From: Negaprion brevirostris
Taxonomy: Eukaryota
Assembly (NCBI GenBank): GCA_030324005.1
Contig: JARDVH010000130.1
Coordinates: 40,891,223 to 40,955,222 of the forward strand
DNA: 64,000 nucleotides
Direction: 5' to 3'
A model generated the notes under the pieces. That model worked only from the letters and a program-made list of their open reading frames with translations, was not told where the DNA came from and made no database searches. The translations under genes and the position numbers were made by a program. Each line of letters begins with the position of its first letter. The first letter of the stretch is position 1. Positions 63,520-64,000 of the stretch are shown piece by piece.

Positions 63520-64000
63520 TACTTCCCCCAGCAGATTTGGAATATCATGTCCAGTTCTGGGCATCACACTTCAGGAAGGGTGTAAAGGCATGAGAGAGAG
63601 TGCAGCAAAGGTTCACAAGAATAGCTATAGAGATGAGGAACTTCAGTCATGTAAAATGATTGGAGTAGTTAGAACAGTTTTCCTTGGAGAAGATTCAGAA
63701 GGGTTTTGACAGAGGTATTCAAAATCATGAGGGGTCTGAACAGAGTAGATAGGAAGAAACTGTCCCGTTGGTGAAAGAATTGAAAATGAAAGAGCACAGA
63801 TTTAAGATAATTGGCAAAAGCAATGACAACATGAGGAATTAATTTTTCGTGCAGTGAGTGGGCAGGATCTGGAATGCAATGTGTGAGGGTGCGGTGGAGG
63901 CAAGGTCAACTGAGACACTCAAAAGGAGATTGAATCATTATCTGAATAGGAATGAAATTGCAGGGCTTCATGCAAAAGGCCAGGGAGTGGCACCAGATGA
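63520..64000 (+). mobile_element. CR1 LINE 3' fragment
   Basis: GTCCAGTTCTGGGCATCACACTTCAGGAAGG...GAGGTATTCAAAATCATGAGGGG...GAGCACAGATTTAAG. Confidence 0.85.

Noticed and set aside
44130-64000. Exons of a long NET1 isoform (RRGSSFTFLTPGP, KRKRREKDDD)
   Set aside because: Not found by eye; they may lie outside the window or in gaps
1-64000. tRNA genes or CRISPR-like arrays
   Set aside because: A/B-box matches are SINE heads without full cloverleafs, and no regularly spaced repeat-spacer array is present

Overview
This is cartilaginous-fish (shark-like) genomic DNA from a draft assembly with many N-gaps; the assignment rests on abundant HE1/V-SINE-type, DeuSINE-type and CR1/HER1-type repeats. 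One protein-coding gene is recognisable: a minus-strand NET1/ARHGEF3-family RhoGEF (DH-PH). It has a NET1A-type first exon at 43919-43821, eight further coding exons from 31575 down to 26265, a C-terminal ETLV PDZ-binding motif and a poly(A) signal near 25260. I could not find the expected 108-nt second coding exon, and the protein mixes NET1-like and ARHGEF3-like residues. The rest is a mosaic of SINEs, CR1, L2, Rex1/Babar and Tx1 LINE fragments, a hAT MITE and a solo LTR. The most notable signal is a dispersed set of Penelope-like fold-back elements carrying degenerate minimal hammerhead-ribozyme cores, several with an A8 (possible U3-A8) variant. A nested inverted repeat lies just upstream of the promoter, and several unique segments retain CpG. 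Repeat boundaries are approximate and family names come from recognition, not from a database search.
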